From: the human T2T-CHM13v2.0 reference genome, Homo sapiens
Assembly: GCF_009914755.1 (NCBI RefSeq)
Contig: NC_060926.1
Strand: one strand, 5' to 3'
DNA length: 64,000 nucleotides
The notes under the pieces: generated by a model
Seen by the model: only the letters and a program-made list of their open reading frames with translations
What the model was told of the DNA's origin: nothing
Database searches by the model: none
Part shown: piece after piece, positions 26,501 through 40,704 of the stretch
Position numbering within the stretch: position 1 is the first letter of the stretch
Layout of the letters: every line of letters begins with the position of its first letter
Made by a program: the position numbers and the translations under genes

Positions 26501-28390
26501 TAATATATGCAAAATTTAGTTCTTGAGCAATGATCTTTGTAAGATGAATTAATATAGGTACTGCTCCAGGAAACAAAAGAAATTGCAACATGAAGGCACC
26601 ACCCCCCTTCCCCCACCATGATCTTTTATACTTCAAACTGAAGTAGCTAACAACTTGCACAATTTGTATTAAAAATAGTGCGAAACACTCCAGAAGTCTT
26701 TGCTTCCTTTCCCCCTTTAAGTTGGTTGATGAATTCTATTCTATATACTATGGAAATGTAAAACAGGATTAAAGGGATTTTCTTTGATAAGTTTATTTCC
26801 CAAAATAAAGCATTGGCCCCAACTCCCTGAAGAAGAAAAAGAAACGCTTACCTTTAATATACCCTCTCTGTTTTATAACACAATTTATGTGGCTCGTTGA
26901 AATTACTAATGCAGTTACTGAGTTAATTTTAAAAAAATCCTTCATGGATTTTCATGTTGAAATATGATATTTTGAACACTTGCATATACAAAAAGATGCA
27001 CAGGCTGTTTCCTGTGACAACCAGGTTCAGAAACTCCTTATTTTGGTAGTCTGATATTAGATCCCGCCTTAGTTAGAAATGCTAGGATTTCAACTCCTAC
27101 CCCTGACACGCCATCCGTCAATTTATTAGCACGCTGGTGCAGTAAGCCACTGAACAGGCTATATCAATTCGTTTAGTTTTTTTCTTTAAAATGTCTGTAA
27201 TCCTCAGCTCTGCTCTCTCAACCGGTCAGCATTAAAGATTTATGTTGCACTTTTTTTCATCACCACACCTGAATATGGATTACTTAAATGGGCTGTAAAT
27301 AATTTATATCTGGGAATAAGTTTCCATTACTGACCAATGTTGTAATTTAATATACTGTATTATGGGTTATACAATTTTAGATTGTTTTCTGTGTGCATTC
27401 TGCAGTCAGGCAGACAACAGTTTAAGTAAAAAGGGTGAGATGTTTGTTCAGCTTATTTTCATGTTCACTCTGTGTGCTCAAATCAGCAACAGGGCTAAAG
27501 GAAGCAGAAAGCTACTTTCAACTACATGTTTTTCTGCTATTTATGGAAATCTTTTTTTTTTTAGGCACTTGACCTGAAGCAAAATACAAAAACACATAAT
27601 AGCTATTATTGATAAATACAAAAAAAGAAAATGTGCTAATGTAGGTGGCTAGAAATCTTAATTCTTGAGAACTGAAAAATATTCTTGATTCCTGAACCCA
27701 AAGGTTAACTTTCCTCTTTAATGCTTGGTTCTTCTGTGCAGAAAAATGCACATAATAAAATTATAATTTATTTGACAGGTTTGAATGAGGCTACTGGATC
27801 AAATATGTAAAATGTTAAAGTACAAGCTATTTTTAAAGCATAGGCAAGTGTTTACTCTTAAAGCTTTAAACAATTTAAGATTAAGTTGAGTATAGTAAAA
27901 ATTAATAATAGATTAATACATGAAAATCTATGAAGACACATAAGATAATGATTTAAAAAGGAATAATTTAAAAAGATGAATTAAAAAGTCGAATCAGAAA
28001 AGAAGGCCAGCATAAACTAGGGAAAAACATGCTGTGAATAAAGTCTGTTAGATCTTGAAATAGGAGAACTGCTAAATAATGCATAGTTTTATTTTTCTAT
28101 CATTTGCATAAACCTTAAGAGAGTATTTATTTGTGTAAAACTTGATGTATCGAGTAAGGAGAATGAAAAAAATGGCATTCATTTTGTTTTCATTTTGGTA
28201 TTTAGGAAAAATATTCTGTTACATATGGACTACTTAGACCTAATCATCTGACTGAATGTGATGTGTGCCTTGAGCCAGGTTGGAAAGGGCTGGCTGCAGA
28301 ACAGTGCCCTGGTCTTGCTGCAGGCGATGCAGGTTGGCCCATGCTCTGCTGGGGAGCAGATGGTGAGCCAATGCTTGTAGTCACACTTAC

Positions 28391-28492
28391 CTTCCTTGCT
28401 AAATCCATAATCCCTCACTGGACACGGAGCCAAGGCAGGCTTTGGAGGCAGAAAGGAGGTTACAATCTGGACTTGGGTAGTGACTGCCAGAA
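28391..28492 (-). other. Candidate 102-nt cassette or cryptic exon (unverified)
   Basis: Minus-strand acceptor ctgttttctcag|TT and consensus donor GAAG|gtaagt. Length divisible by 3, one frame open, locally raised GC. Confidence 0.3.
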
Positions 28493-30293
28493 CTGAGAAA
28501 ACAGCTCAGAAATTTCAAATGCTTAACAAGTTATCTGTCTTGTCCCTAAGCCAGTGCAGCATTTTTAAAAGTAATTAAGACATGATTGAAAATGTGTATG
28601 CCATCTAAATACAAAAATCTTCAAAAATCACCAAAACCAATCATTAAAAGCCACATTTAATATGACATTATGCAAAAATATATTTAAAATAAAATATATT
28701 TTTGTGATTGAAAGAAAATATGTAAAGTAAAAAAAAAAGAGGAAGCATTTATTTTTTAGGAAAAGGCACTTATTTTCTTTACAAACCTGGACCTTATAGA
28801 AGGAAAATATTTCATACATGTCTATAAATATGCTGCATGGATGAAATATTTTCCTTCTATAAGGAAATAGATAGCTATGCAACATATCTATACTAACAGA
28901 TTCTTCTATATAAGTTTTTCTTTCAAAATATTAAATGATTATAGTTGATTTTTCTATATAGGATACTTATGTATGTATATGTATGTTTTTATATGTGTGA
29001 ATGGAGTTCATCATCAACACAGACATTATAAATCAGAAAGACAAAATAAAAATATTGAGTGGGTAGCCAAATTCTAATCATTTATAATAAAAGGGATAGT
29101 AAGTACCATCTGTTTAATGTAAAAAAAAAAACCAACTGATAAAATGCATACATATCTAGTAAATTAAAATCATGGAGTAATTCATATAAAACAAAATATG
29201 TATAAAATGTCAACATATTCCATTAGGGTGCGATTGATTTAAACATGTACTATCTACATAATAGTATGATATGAGAAATAGAAAAATCTTTTGATTATGT
29301 TTGGTGCTACACCACAATTTTTTAAAATGTTTTTCTATTAAGTGGTAGGAACAAAATTCCTTAGTTTTCTCCACTGAATTTTTGAGTCCTCATTATCTTA
29401 GGCAATACTTTTTTCTTGCAAATGATTCTTAGGCATACTTTCATTGAAGTTCATTGACTTTGAGGGAATTTCTTATAACCTTCCTTACTCCATCTTGCAA
29501 CATCTACATTTCTCAAGCTGACAAAATGCTACCAATACCCTATTTGTGTTTATGAATAACTTGAGCTCTCCAGTCTAGGACTATCATCAACACCTTTCAT
29601 AATTTCCCCCTTTTTCTATTGCCTCTTTTTTTGAAAAATATTGTCACTCTTAGGAAAATGTTCTTAATTTCTTCTCTTTGTGACTCTTCTTCAGAATTCA
29701 TTTCTTGCCAGTGCCTTCATCCCTCAATATGTCCTTTTCTGGTTATACTGTTTTCTTCCAAAATCGATGCAAAGAAATAAAGAAAAATGTAGAAGCTTCT
29801 TTCTCTGCCTCACCCAAAAATTCAAGAAATGTGCCTTGATAGGAGATATGTGCAGGTCAGTATTTATAAAAGGAGATATAAGAACAAAAATGTTTATCAT
29901 AATACATTTGGGAAATATTATGCTTAGTTTTTATTCACACAATAATGTGCCTGTTGGTTTTAACTTTTATTTTAATTTAGTTTACATTAGAAAACGGAAC
30001 CCTTGACTACAATTATATTTACAGAAAGTAATGTTTTCATGATTTCGGTAGGAAAATTTTACTATAGGGTGACATCATAAAGTAGTTTATCACTTCATTC
30101 CCAAACCTAAAATGAGGAAATATGATATTTACAAACACTTTTTTCTTTTAAAAAGGGCTAATTACATAGAGTTTCAAAAAGGCCTGGAAAGATTGAGTTA
30201 ATGTGATTTTTGTTCTCAGGTGAGAAAAGAAAGTGAGAAAATTTCAATGGTTATTTTGACAATGCAAGTTTCCTATAAAATCACATTTCAGAA

Positions 30294-30604
<311 letters not shown>

Positions 30605-30749
30605 TCACATTGCTCTTAATAAATATCAAAAGATTATTCTAGGACATTGTAGGCATCAACAACTTAAAAGCAACAAGTCAACACGATATAAATTTTAGCA
30701 AAAAAAAAAAATGATCTTTAATATTAGATATATTTCCTCTGTCCAAGAG

Positions 30750-30930
30750 TTTTAAGCAAAGACATTGGACTTGAAAACAGGAAACCTGAGTTTGCATTCC
30801 AGTTCTGCCTCTGACCAACTAAGAAATATAAGAAGTATTTATATCTCTGGACCTTAGTTTCCTCACCTGTATAATTACAGCATTTTTCTAATGATTTCTA
30901 GCATTTTGATTGCTTACAAAACAGTCTGTG
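30750..30930 (+). mobile_element. MIR-family SINE
   Basis: ggacttgaaaacaggaaacctgagttt..ccagttctgcc...ctctggaccttagtttcctcacctgtataat matches the MIR core. Confidence 0.75.
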
Positions 30931-31899
30931 ACTATGTGAAGGTGGAAGAGTTAAGTACTAATAAATAGCACAATACAGGTGATATCTCCAAGCAACACAT
31001 GCTTAATTATCAAATAAGAGATTCAGGCAATTCTTGAAACTAGTTAACAAAGTAAACATTTATATGGGTTCTTAATGTTTTATGTTCTAAATTTCTCATT
31101 GCATAATTTTTGATACATAAATTGGAACACATTTTGGCCAATTTAGTTGACATTAACAATGGGAAATGTCTCTATGTAGATCTCTGAACAAAATTTTGTA
31201 ACACCGTCCATGTCTCAGAACATTACCACCAGAAATGCCATTGGCACGTTCCACGCATGAGTTCCACATTTTTAGGGAATCTAAGGTTCCAGAATTGCAG
31301 AGAGAGAAGCTATATCTATAGACACTAGGGAGAAAGTGAGTAGCAGAAGTGATCTACACAAGCAAAAAAAAATTTTTTTTAAATGTACTCAAGATTGAAT
31401 TAGAAATCCAATTTATCAAAATCCTTGGAGATGGCTTCTGATCTCCAGTTGAATCTTCAGCCCTTTGATATGTCACCTATTAGCCACCCAAGAGGCACGT
31501 GCCAATTCTCATGTAGTATATAAAGTCTCCAAATAATTATTATCTTAACTATCAACATTATTACAAACATTATTAATTAAGAGAGACCTCTGTATTTCCG
31601 TAAAAGGGAAGAGCACTCTTATGGAAAAGGACGTATTAAAGAATTGGAATTGTCAGAAGTTGCATCTCTTGGATGAAGCATAAAGCAGAGATCTTGATGT
31701 TAATGGTCACAGAAGATTCTGTGTTGCCATCTGTCAGGAATTATTTACCAGTTTTTGCTGACCAAATTCCAAATTAAGGAGCTCCATTTATTGGCTCAAA
31801 CCTACCCTCTGTCTTAATTAAAAATAGTGTCCATCTTTACTATTTATGACCTATTATGAGACACATGGACTTTGGGATTTAAAAAAAAAAATTCTGCTT

Positions 31900-32535
31900 C
31901 CTCTTCTTTAGTTCAGGTTCTCATCATCTATTAATTGAATTTCTACCATAGGTTCATAAACAATATTCACATCAGACTTCTTGACCCACTCTAAGCCATT
32001 CTCCTGGGGCTGGCTGCCAGAGAGATTATTCCAAAATGCAAACAGTTTTTCTAGTTGTTCACTGTTAATAATTTCTCTATGAATCCCAATAGCCTTTAGG
32101 AAAAACAGTTCAAACTCTTTACTATAACTTTCAAAGTTCTCCGTGATCTGGCTACTGCTTATCTCTCTAGTGTTATATCCTATGCTGAATCGAAGTTCTA
32201 TCCATCCTGGAAGCCTACCTACAAGTTACCAAAGTTTAAGTTGGTTTTCCAGATTTCTTTTTTAACCAGGAATGCTGTTCTACCTAGCCACATTTCCTCA
32301 TTTTTCCTCCAAAAGGCCATTCCTAATCGCTTTCCCCAACCCCCAAGTCTGGTTGGATGTATCCTTTTTACGTGCTCCTATAATACCCTGAATTATCACA
32401 ATTATACATCAGCGTAAAATTGTCTGTTTCCCTGTGTCTCCCATTAGAATACGAACTTCAGGTTCAGGGGCCAGGTTATATTACTTTTCATATTTCCAAG
32501 GCCTAGGCTATTCTGTGGCAAAAAGCAGTATTTGG
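31900..32535 (+). mobile_element. L2 LINE fragment with 3' end
   Basis: gctgccagagagattattccaaaatgcaaac...ccgtgatctggc...ctgtgtctcccattagaat...gcctaggc follows L2 3' architecture. Confidence 0.7.
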
Positions 32536-32559
32536 CACAGTTGTGCTCTGTCCTAAAAT

Positions 32560-34092
32560 ACCTTCTTCTCTGGGCTTCTTTGGCATCAGCCAGTCAAGGA
32601 ATGTTTCTTCTGCCTCTTTGGGAATTCTGCGTCCTCCTCTTCACCTCTTATTTGTGGAGATTCCCAGGGATTGATCTTCAACCCCTTTATTTCCTTAATA
32701 TCTGCAATAGTCTAGATGATTTTATTCGGGATGAAAATCTCTACAGTTAGTCTTGACCATAGATCTTCAGACCTATACATCCAACTGTTTCTTTGATGTC
32801 TTTATTTGGATGTTTAATATGCATCTTAAACTAACAAGACTAAACAAGAATACTTATTTTCCTTCCCACTCAAAATCTGTTTCTCTCTTGTTATTTCCTA
32901 CCATAATAAATGAACTACTCTAACTACTTGGTTGTACAAGGTAAAAATCTAGGATTCATTCGTGACTCCTATCTGAACACACCCCAGTCTAAATAATCAC
33001 TGTGACCTCTCAGCCCTGTGTTAAAGCCACCTGAACACATCTGCTTTTTTCTGTCTCCATTAAGCAATCATGGTCCATGTCACCATTATCATTCTCTGGA
33101 CTACTATAGTAAGCTTCCAGTTGGTCACCATACTTATGTTCTAACTCTCCTATCCTACCTTTTTCAAGAGTTGCCAGAATGATCTTTTAAATGTGTAAAT
33201 GAAGTCAAGCCATTTTCCTATTCAAAACTTTATAATAATTTTCATTCTATTTAGAAAAAAATCTGCCATCTAATCCTGGTTTAATATTCTCTGCATCATT
33301 CAACCTCCTCCAACATTCTAGCTCCATCTCATCCCATTCCCTTCTTTTCACTTTGCTGTGGCCACACTGGTCTTCATTCATTTTTTTGGAACATGTTAAC
33401 TCAGTTTTGTCCTAAAGGTTTTGTCCCTACTGTTTCTTCTGTCTAGAAAACTCTTGCCCAGGTGGGGTGGCTTATGCCTCTAATCCCAGCACTTTTGGAG
33501 GCCAAGGAGGAGGATCACTTGAGGCCAGGAGTATGAGACCAGCCTTGCTAACATGGTGAAACCCTGTCTCTACTAAAAATACAAAAAATTAATTGGGCTT
33601 GGAGTTGCTTGAACCCGGGAGGTGGAGTTTACAGTGAGCCGAGATTGAGCCACTGCACTCTGGCCTGGATAACAGAGCAAGACTCTGTCTTCAGAAAAGA
33701 AAAAAAGAATGAAAAATAGAACACTCTTGCTACTGTTCTTTATATAGTTTTCTTCTTTCTGTCATTCAAATTTTACCTGCTTGCCAAGGCTTTCCTTAAG
33801 GGCTATTTCAAAAAGTAGCCACTTAGTCATTTGCTGTCACAATATTCTATATACCACCTATCATTATCACATATTTCTCTGCATATCACCTATCATTTTA
33901 ATACTCTGCACAACACCTATCATCACCTCTATATGTTTGTCAATCAATTTTGATTTATCGTCTCCAAACTCACCAAAATACTAACTTCATCAGATCATGG
34001 GACTTGCCTGTCTTCTTCACTGCAGTATTCCCAACACCTAGAACTGGGTTCCAAACAATAGAAACTCAAAAATAATTGTCAGATAAAGGAAA
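32560..34092 (+). mobile_element. Long L2 (L2a-like) fragment interrupted by an Alu
   Basis: cttcagacctatacatccaactg, tctggactactatagtaagcttc, gccagaatgatcttttaaa, ending cttcactgcagtattcccaacacctagaac. Confidence 0.8.
33456..33716 (+). mobile_element. AluS with an internal right-arm deletion
   Basis: Left arm and linker intact. The right arm jumps from gggcttgg to ttgcttgaacccggg. TSD tagaa(a/c)actcttg at 33444-33456 and 33717-33729. Confidence 0.93.
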
Positions 34093-34941
34093 TAGCAATT
34101 GCATGGGAAATCAAGTTTGAACAGTGAAACTTATTTGAGGATTACTACTAATAGATGGAGAGTGGAAGAAGTTACATGTCTTCTTCTCAAATTTTAAAAT
34201 GTTTAGTAAGATCAACGAGCAAGATTAAAAAGTTCCTTTAACAAAGACACCAATTTCTAGAGTAGAGAAAGACCTTATAAAGTATTTGATGTTGTCTTAA
34301 GAGGTACCGGGGAAGCCAAATCTCTTTCAACTATTTTTCCCCATCGCAATAAGCCAAAAATCAGAGAGGAAACAGTAGCAAAAAAACAAACAACAACAAC
34401 AACAACAAAAAAAAAACATTCAATCATCCATTACATAAACTAACAGATATCATCTGAATAATATTGTAGGCACAGATTCACCTTACTCTTGTGCTATTAT
34501 ATAACAGAAATTTAATTTTTTCCTTCCTTGGAGTTTTACTTGGAAATTATTTTGTTCTCTCACAGAAGTAGTTTAGGATTCATTTAGGAGTGGGAGTGAG
34601 AAGTGGGAGGGACAGCATTTCATTATTTAAGAAATATTTATTAAACACTTTCTAAGGAGCTTACAATCTAATAAAAATATAAAACCTGAGCATGATACTT
34701 ATAATATGTGCTAGACAATTACAAGTATGATATTATAAGTACCAAGTAAATGCTGGGAAACTTTAGAAGAGAGAAAAATTATGCCCCAATGAAGAATCAG
34801 TAGGGTTCATGTATTGGAAAAATCAAGAAAGCTTGGTTTTGAAGTACGCACAGAATTTTACCATGTTGCAGATAGGGGAAGAAAGATATTTCAAGGAAAA
34901 AGGACTCTCACAGAGTACATGTACTAATTTAAGTAGTTCCA

Positions 34942-35234
34942 GGCCAGGCACGGTGGCTCAGGCCTGTAATTCCCAGCACTTTGGGAGGCCAAGGCAGGCG
35001 GATCACTTGAGGCCAGGATTTCCAGAAAACCCTGTCTCTTAAAAATACAACAATTATCCAGGCATGGTAGCAGGTGCCTGTAATCCCAGCTACGCAGAAG
35101 GCTGAGGCACGAGAATTGCTTGAAACCAGGAGGCGGAGGTTGCAGTGAGCAAAGACTGGGCCGCTGCACTCCAGCCTTGGCAACAGAGCAAGACTCTGTG
35201 TGGGAAATAAAATAAATAAATAAATAAATAAATA
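34942..35234 (+). mobile_element. AluS (Sz-like) with a short left-arm deletion and a (TAAA)n tail
   Basis: ggccaggcacggtggctca...cacttgaggccagga; lacks the gagaccagcctggccaacatgg block. Right arm intact. Confidence 0.94.
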
Positions 35235-35829
35235 GTTTCATTCTAACAAGACACAGGAAAGGAAGGTGGAACAGTAGTCTTAGTTCTTATAATATAGAGG
35301 ATGTAGTACACCCGAATAAGGAAAAGAAATGTTCTAAAGTTCTCTGTAGCATGTAAAACAACTGACCACCCAATTTGTGTTAAAACCTTATGACCCTATC
35401 TCCTATACTTTGTCTTATCTTGTGCCTTTTTCTGTTTTCATCTTTGGCTTCTCTTCTCCAGTCCTAAGGAGTAAAATAAATAAGAAGCTAACCTGAGCCA
35501 TCTATTAGGACAGGATATTCAGCAAATGCTTTGGCACAAGACTCTGTTGCTTTAGGTCTTAGGGAAATCTGGCAATCATCCTTTCAGATCAAAATCTCTA
35601 GATTCCTGATTCAGTTTCCTGCTGCTAACTTTCTGGTGGATAGTTTGTGTGACAATGCTGATCCCTCTATTTGCACATTGCCGTAATTGTCAGGCATATC
35701 AGACATACTTTGCCTTTTAAGCACTCGAAAATGTGCACCATGATCTAGCACCAACCATCACCTCCACTTTGAAATCTCACTCGGATCTTCTATGTATACA
35801 CCACACAAATCACCAGCAAGAAATTACAG

Positions 35830-35975
35830 AGCCTGGATTATAAACATAGAACTTCCCGAAATTGAATCTTGCCTTCTCACTTAGGTCATACAGGACCTTA
35901 GACAAGTTTTTTAACATCGCTAATTCTAAATTGATTTATATGTAAAATAGCAATAATCATACCCACCTTTGAAAG
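35830..35975 (+). mobile_element. MIR SINE
   Basis: gaccttagacaagttttttaac...tgtaaaatagcaataatcatacccacct matches the MIR core. Confidence 0.65.
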
Positions 35976-38279
35976 AACCAACTCTGTGAAGTTACAACCA
36001 CAACTATTTTTGCTTCAATGCACAAATATTCCGAAGATCAATGACAGAAGGTGTGTAAAACACCAGGTACATACTAAGAACTTAATAGAGATTAGCACCT
36101 CCTTGTTTTGGGTTTTTCGATTCTTCTAGAAAGCTTACTTCACATTTCCAGCTGTCTAATTTTTACTCTTATTTTTATATTCAGCTCCTATATATTCTAA
36201 AATATTTTTTGAATGACCAATTGAAAAGAAGTTTTATTACCACTAATTTCTCCATTTTCCAAATTCCCTAAGCATTTTATCAGAAACTCTTTAATCGTAG
36301 TTTTCCTTCTCTGCCTTGGTTATGGTAGCACAGATAGATAGTCTCTCTCTTATTATGTGTTGAGGTCCAATTTTAATTTTGTATCCTCACAGCATTAAAT
36401 ATGCTATTTTTTCAAGTAACAGATCCTGTATCTACACATGCTGAATCACTTTTTTTGGATGATTCTTTCTGATGTTAAACCGTTGTCAAATAATGTAGAT
36501 TGTGGAAAATCTGTAAAATTATATCTAGTAATTTACCTAATAAGGTCTATACTTTGCTATGGACAGCTAGATATTACACTAATAATACATGAATTTTCTT
36601 AGTTTCTAGTTAACAAATTTATATCAAACTGCCTAAAATCTATTCAAGATCACCAATTCAAAAGAATAATAATTTGCACATTTGATAAAAATTCCATGAG
36701 GAAAACAAATAATATTTTGCTCCTAGGTCAAAGTTATAGTGTTGATAATAAACAAAATACTAAAAATTGTGCATTTTGGTATCGACTTTTTGTGAATTTT
36801 CTTTAGGGAATTTGATTAATGCCTTCTAGACTAATTCTATAAAAATCTATATGTTTCAGTTTATTATTTGAAGATTTATTTAATAGGGTTAAAGAAATGA
36901 TTCAAGTAAACTTAGAAGCAAAATAAAATCACACACAAAAATCTATTGGCTCTTTAATTCTTAAAATCCAACTTAGAAAAAACAATCTTTAAAAAATTTC
37001 AGTTGGAAAAATCGTAGTTATGTAATTATTCATTCCTCCTGAAATTTAAAATAAAATACATAAAGGGTGGTCTGGGTATTTCTCTGTCTGTGGCAACATC
37101 TTTTAACTTGACTCTGCTATCTTAGTGTTTACTTGATTTATCTTAAAGATATTTTTCAAAGTGTCCTGTATCATAATTGGCAGGTCCATGACACTTGCAA
37201 TTGGCTCTAAAAATGTTTATAGTAGCCAAGATGCAGTAGTAGCATTGTTTAATTTTACTTTTGTTTTAAATAGAATGAAACATGTAAAAGAAAACTTCTT
37301 CAATTGATTAGACATTACATAACAATCTTAATTTCCTTCAACAGTTTTTTCCTATTCTTTGGGTAATGTATGTCTGTGTTTGCTTCATCAACCTCTCCAC
37401 TATTTGTGGACAATGAAGATCCCCCAAAATTAATTTTATCATCACCTCTACCTTTGCTGTCAATAAGTTATCTCTTCCATCTCTGAGGGTTCTGACCTCT
37501 TGCCCTTCCTACAGTTGAAAAATGTTGTTTTATTTATCTTCATCATCCTCACAATTTTCTCTTTATTTGCCATCTTTCCTTTATCATGTTGTACTCCCTT
37601 GACTTCATTTTATAATCCTCCCCATCCTGTTTTGAGTCTCACACAACTTATCCTGCATATTGCTCTTCCTTATTCCTGATTATTTTTGTATTTTCTTGTT
37701 CATACTAATTGGCTCCATTTTTATTTCCAGTATATTTATAACTAAATGGCATTCATTGCCTTTGGGCATACATTAATTTATCTTTCAGGATTTTCCATTT
37801 ACTCTCTGCATCTTTTCTTTATATATTTCTTCTTGTAACCTCCATTTCACTTCATTTTTCTCATATGTTTTGGTGTATTATTTTTGTTGTTGCTTTTTAA
37901 ATATCCCTTCATATCTGTAATTCATGCTTCATGTGTTATTAGGAGGGTTTATAAAATAAACCACTGTGTATTTGTCACAAACAGCATTAATTTGAATAGT
38001 CTAAAAATAGGTTTGGATTCATTGTACTGCAATTTTCCGGCCACCTTCTTTACAGCCATACTATAGGGCTTAACTAAATAAATAATTAGAAGCTAATTTT
38101 ACAAATTAAAAGAACTACAGATATTTTAATTTATTTACCTGAGGTCAGAAAAGGGTAGTTTATTGAAAGATCAATGGACAAAGGCAAAACTTATTTCAAG
38201 AGAGAGATGTTTAGACCTTTGGAGGTAATTAACTGATAAGAAAGTGGTGCATATATGCTAACATCATTAATCTTCATAC

Positions 38280-38940
38280 TTTTCTATGCCTTCATGCATA
38301 TAATAAAGGACACATTTAAAGCCAGATATCCCTTCTTCAAGAAAATCCTTGAAAAGCACAAATTTGAGGCAAATAAAAATGTACCAAATAAACTACAGTG
38401 CAATGTGGAAAATATTACATGTTAAATAACAGTATATTTAGTGTGTGATTGGAGTAAAGAAATATGAAGAGCGTCTTAGACGACTTTCTAGAGCAAATAA
38501 CATTTCAGCTAAGTATCAAAGAATCATACACACATTGCCACCTGGAGATGAGGAACAGTGTTCAGAGATGTTGTTCCACATTATAATTGAAAGGGAGACT
38601 TAACAGGGAGAGAGGCACGAAAGAAAAATAAAATATCAGCATATCTTTTACTAAGACATTTGGAATTTTCCTACAGTTCAGTGGGAGTCATTGGAGAGTT
38701 TAAGCAAAGAAGTGACATGATCAGATTTGATTTTGGAATGAGAACTCCAGTAGACATGAAGAAACTGGACAGCAACACCACAGCCACTTAGAGTGGTAAA
38801 ATAATAATATCAATGAGACAGAATGAGGACACAAACTAAAGCAGAATCTGAAGGAATAATTAGAAGATATGTGAGAGTCATTAAAAGGTTCAGTCAAGAG
38901 AACTTGAGGACACTTAGGCGTGGGGGCAGAAGAAAGCAAG
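38280..38940 (-). mobile_element. L2 fragment
   Basis: cagtgggagtcattggagagtttaagca..aagtgacatgatcagatttg is a strong antisense L2 motif. Limits approximate. Confidence 0.65.
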
Positions 38941-40513
38941 TGAGAAGCAAGTGGAAAGCAATTTTTCCATAGGATTCAAAGCCACCCACTTAATTTCAAT
39001 TAGAAAAATAGAGCTGTGAAATGGCTATTAAGTTTAATTTCATCCAGATAGATTCTCCAGTTTGCATTGATGATTAGATCACTACTACCTTATGACAGTG
39101 ATTACCTACCTTATGACTTATGATTAACAGTTGAATAAATTAAATGTATAGTCAACAGAGAAAATAAAAATAACAATATTAGAATGATACTTTCTTTATT
39201 GCATAAATGAATAGTGACACATTCAGACTTCCCAATGTGCAGCAAGGGAGCCCAAAAAACAATAAAAAATATTGCACAGACATTCATGCAAAATGAACCC
39301 TGATGGTAGTAAATTCTAAAAATGGCAGAATTTAGTTTTAAATGCAATTTCCACATTTGCATACTATGTAAGAAGGCATCTTATAACTATGTTCATAGTA
39401 TATTGTTCATCTCATTTCCATAATCTAATTCAGTGATACTTATGCTCTTCAAATAGTATTCACTGATCATATTTTATCTCTTTTTTATCTTAAATTATGG
39501 TTCTGTGAATTACAGACCACATCAGGGAAAGATTGTAAATATCATAAATATAATGCCAATTTTCCTTTAAAATGGCAAATTATATAAAATATATTTTCTG
39601 CTTTTTCTTACAAGGACCAAAAGTAGACAAACCTTTGAGCTTAGAAGTGGATTAGAATACCTTTTAATTACATAGCATATAATTTTTTTAATTCCTCAGT
39701 TTATTAAAAGATTATAATTTTGAAAAGGTAATCCTGAGTAATGTAGAGCTGTTGATTTTAAACAGACTTCAATTTAGTCAAACTTTCTTATCCAAACTTC
39801 CAAAGTTTCCAATATAATTGCAGGTTGAATTTGCCATAGATAATGCAGGCATTTGGGCCATACATATAATATACTATCTATTTAAGCTATATAATCCATT
39901 GTTATATACTGAGACCATTTTAGTGCAAGGTATTCTACCAGGCACTTTGCAGAGAATATTTTATGTAATACAACAACTTTTCAGAGAACGCAGTATTCTT
40001 TTTCTTCTTCTTCTTTTCCTCCTACTTTTTCTTCCTCCTCCTATTATTATTATATCAATTTATTTACTGAAAATTGAATTTCCAGGAAGTTATATAATTT
40101 GCCCAATATTTCTCCCCCGTAGATGTAAATCCTGAATTGGGATTCATATCTGTTTTATTCTAAAACGCATGCTCACTTCCACTGAATTATGCTGTCATAA
40201 GGTAGCAACATCACAATCATTTTGGGACAGTAAGAAGTAGATAAGGAGTAGGTCTTAAAACAGTTCTTCTTTGGTGCAAAAGAACTACATCATTTTATGT
40301 AATAAAAAACTGAACTGTAAGAACCCTAAGGAATGATAACACAAACCTTAACAAACAGGACTTATGCAAGCATACCAATTTCCCCCAGAGATGTTTAGCT
40401 CATGGTGTTTCTTTAATAACAAAACTCAAAAAACAGTGAATTTCATCAATTACATACTTAAGATCCTTGGCATGTCTTGCTTTTTCATTTCTCCAGCCCA
40501 TGTCAATAGTACT

Positions 40514-40704
40514 GAGGGGGAATATCACACTCTGGGGACTGTTGTGGGGTGGGGGAAGGGGGGAGGGATAGCACTGGGAGATATACCTAATGCTAGATGA
40601 CGAGTTAGTGGGTGCAGCGCACCAGCATGGCACATGTATACATATGTAACTAACCTGCACATTGTGCACATGTACCCTAAAACTTAAAGTATAATAATAA
40701 AAAA
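40514..40704 (+). mobile_element. 5'-truncated young L1 3' UTR (L1PA2-like)
   Basis: gggaatatcacactctgggg...ctaatgctagatgacGAGttagtggg...cttaaagtataataat. GAG rather than ACA/ACG excludes Ta and pre-Ta L1HS. Flanking repeat tagtact at 40507-40513 and 40706-40712. Confidence 0.95.

Noticed and set aside
40514-40704. Active or polymorphic L1HS-Ta element
   Set aside because: It carries GAG rather than ACA, and cttaaag rather than cttagag, and is only about 190 bp.
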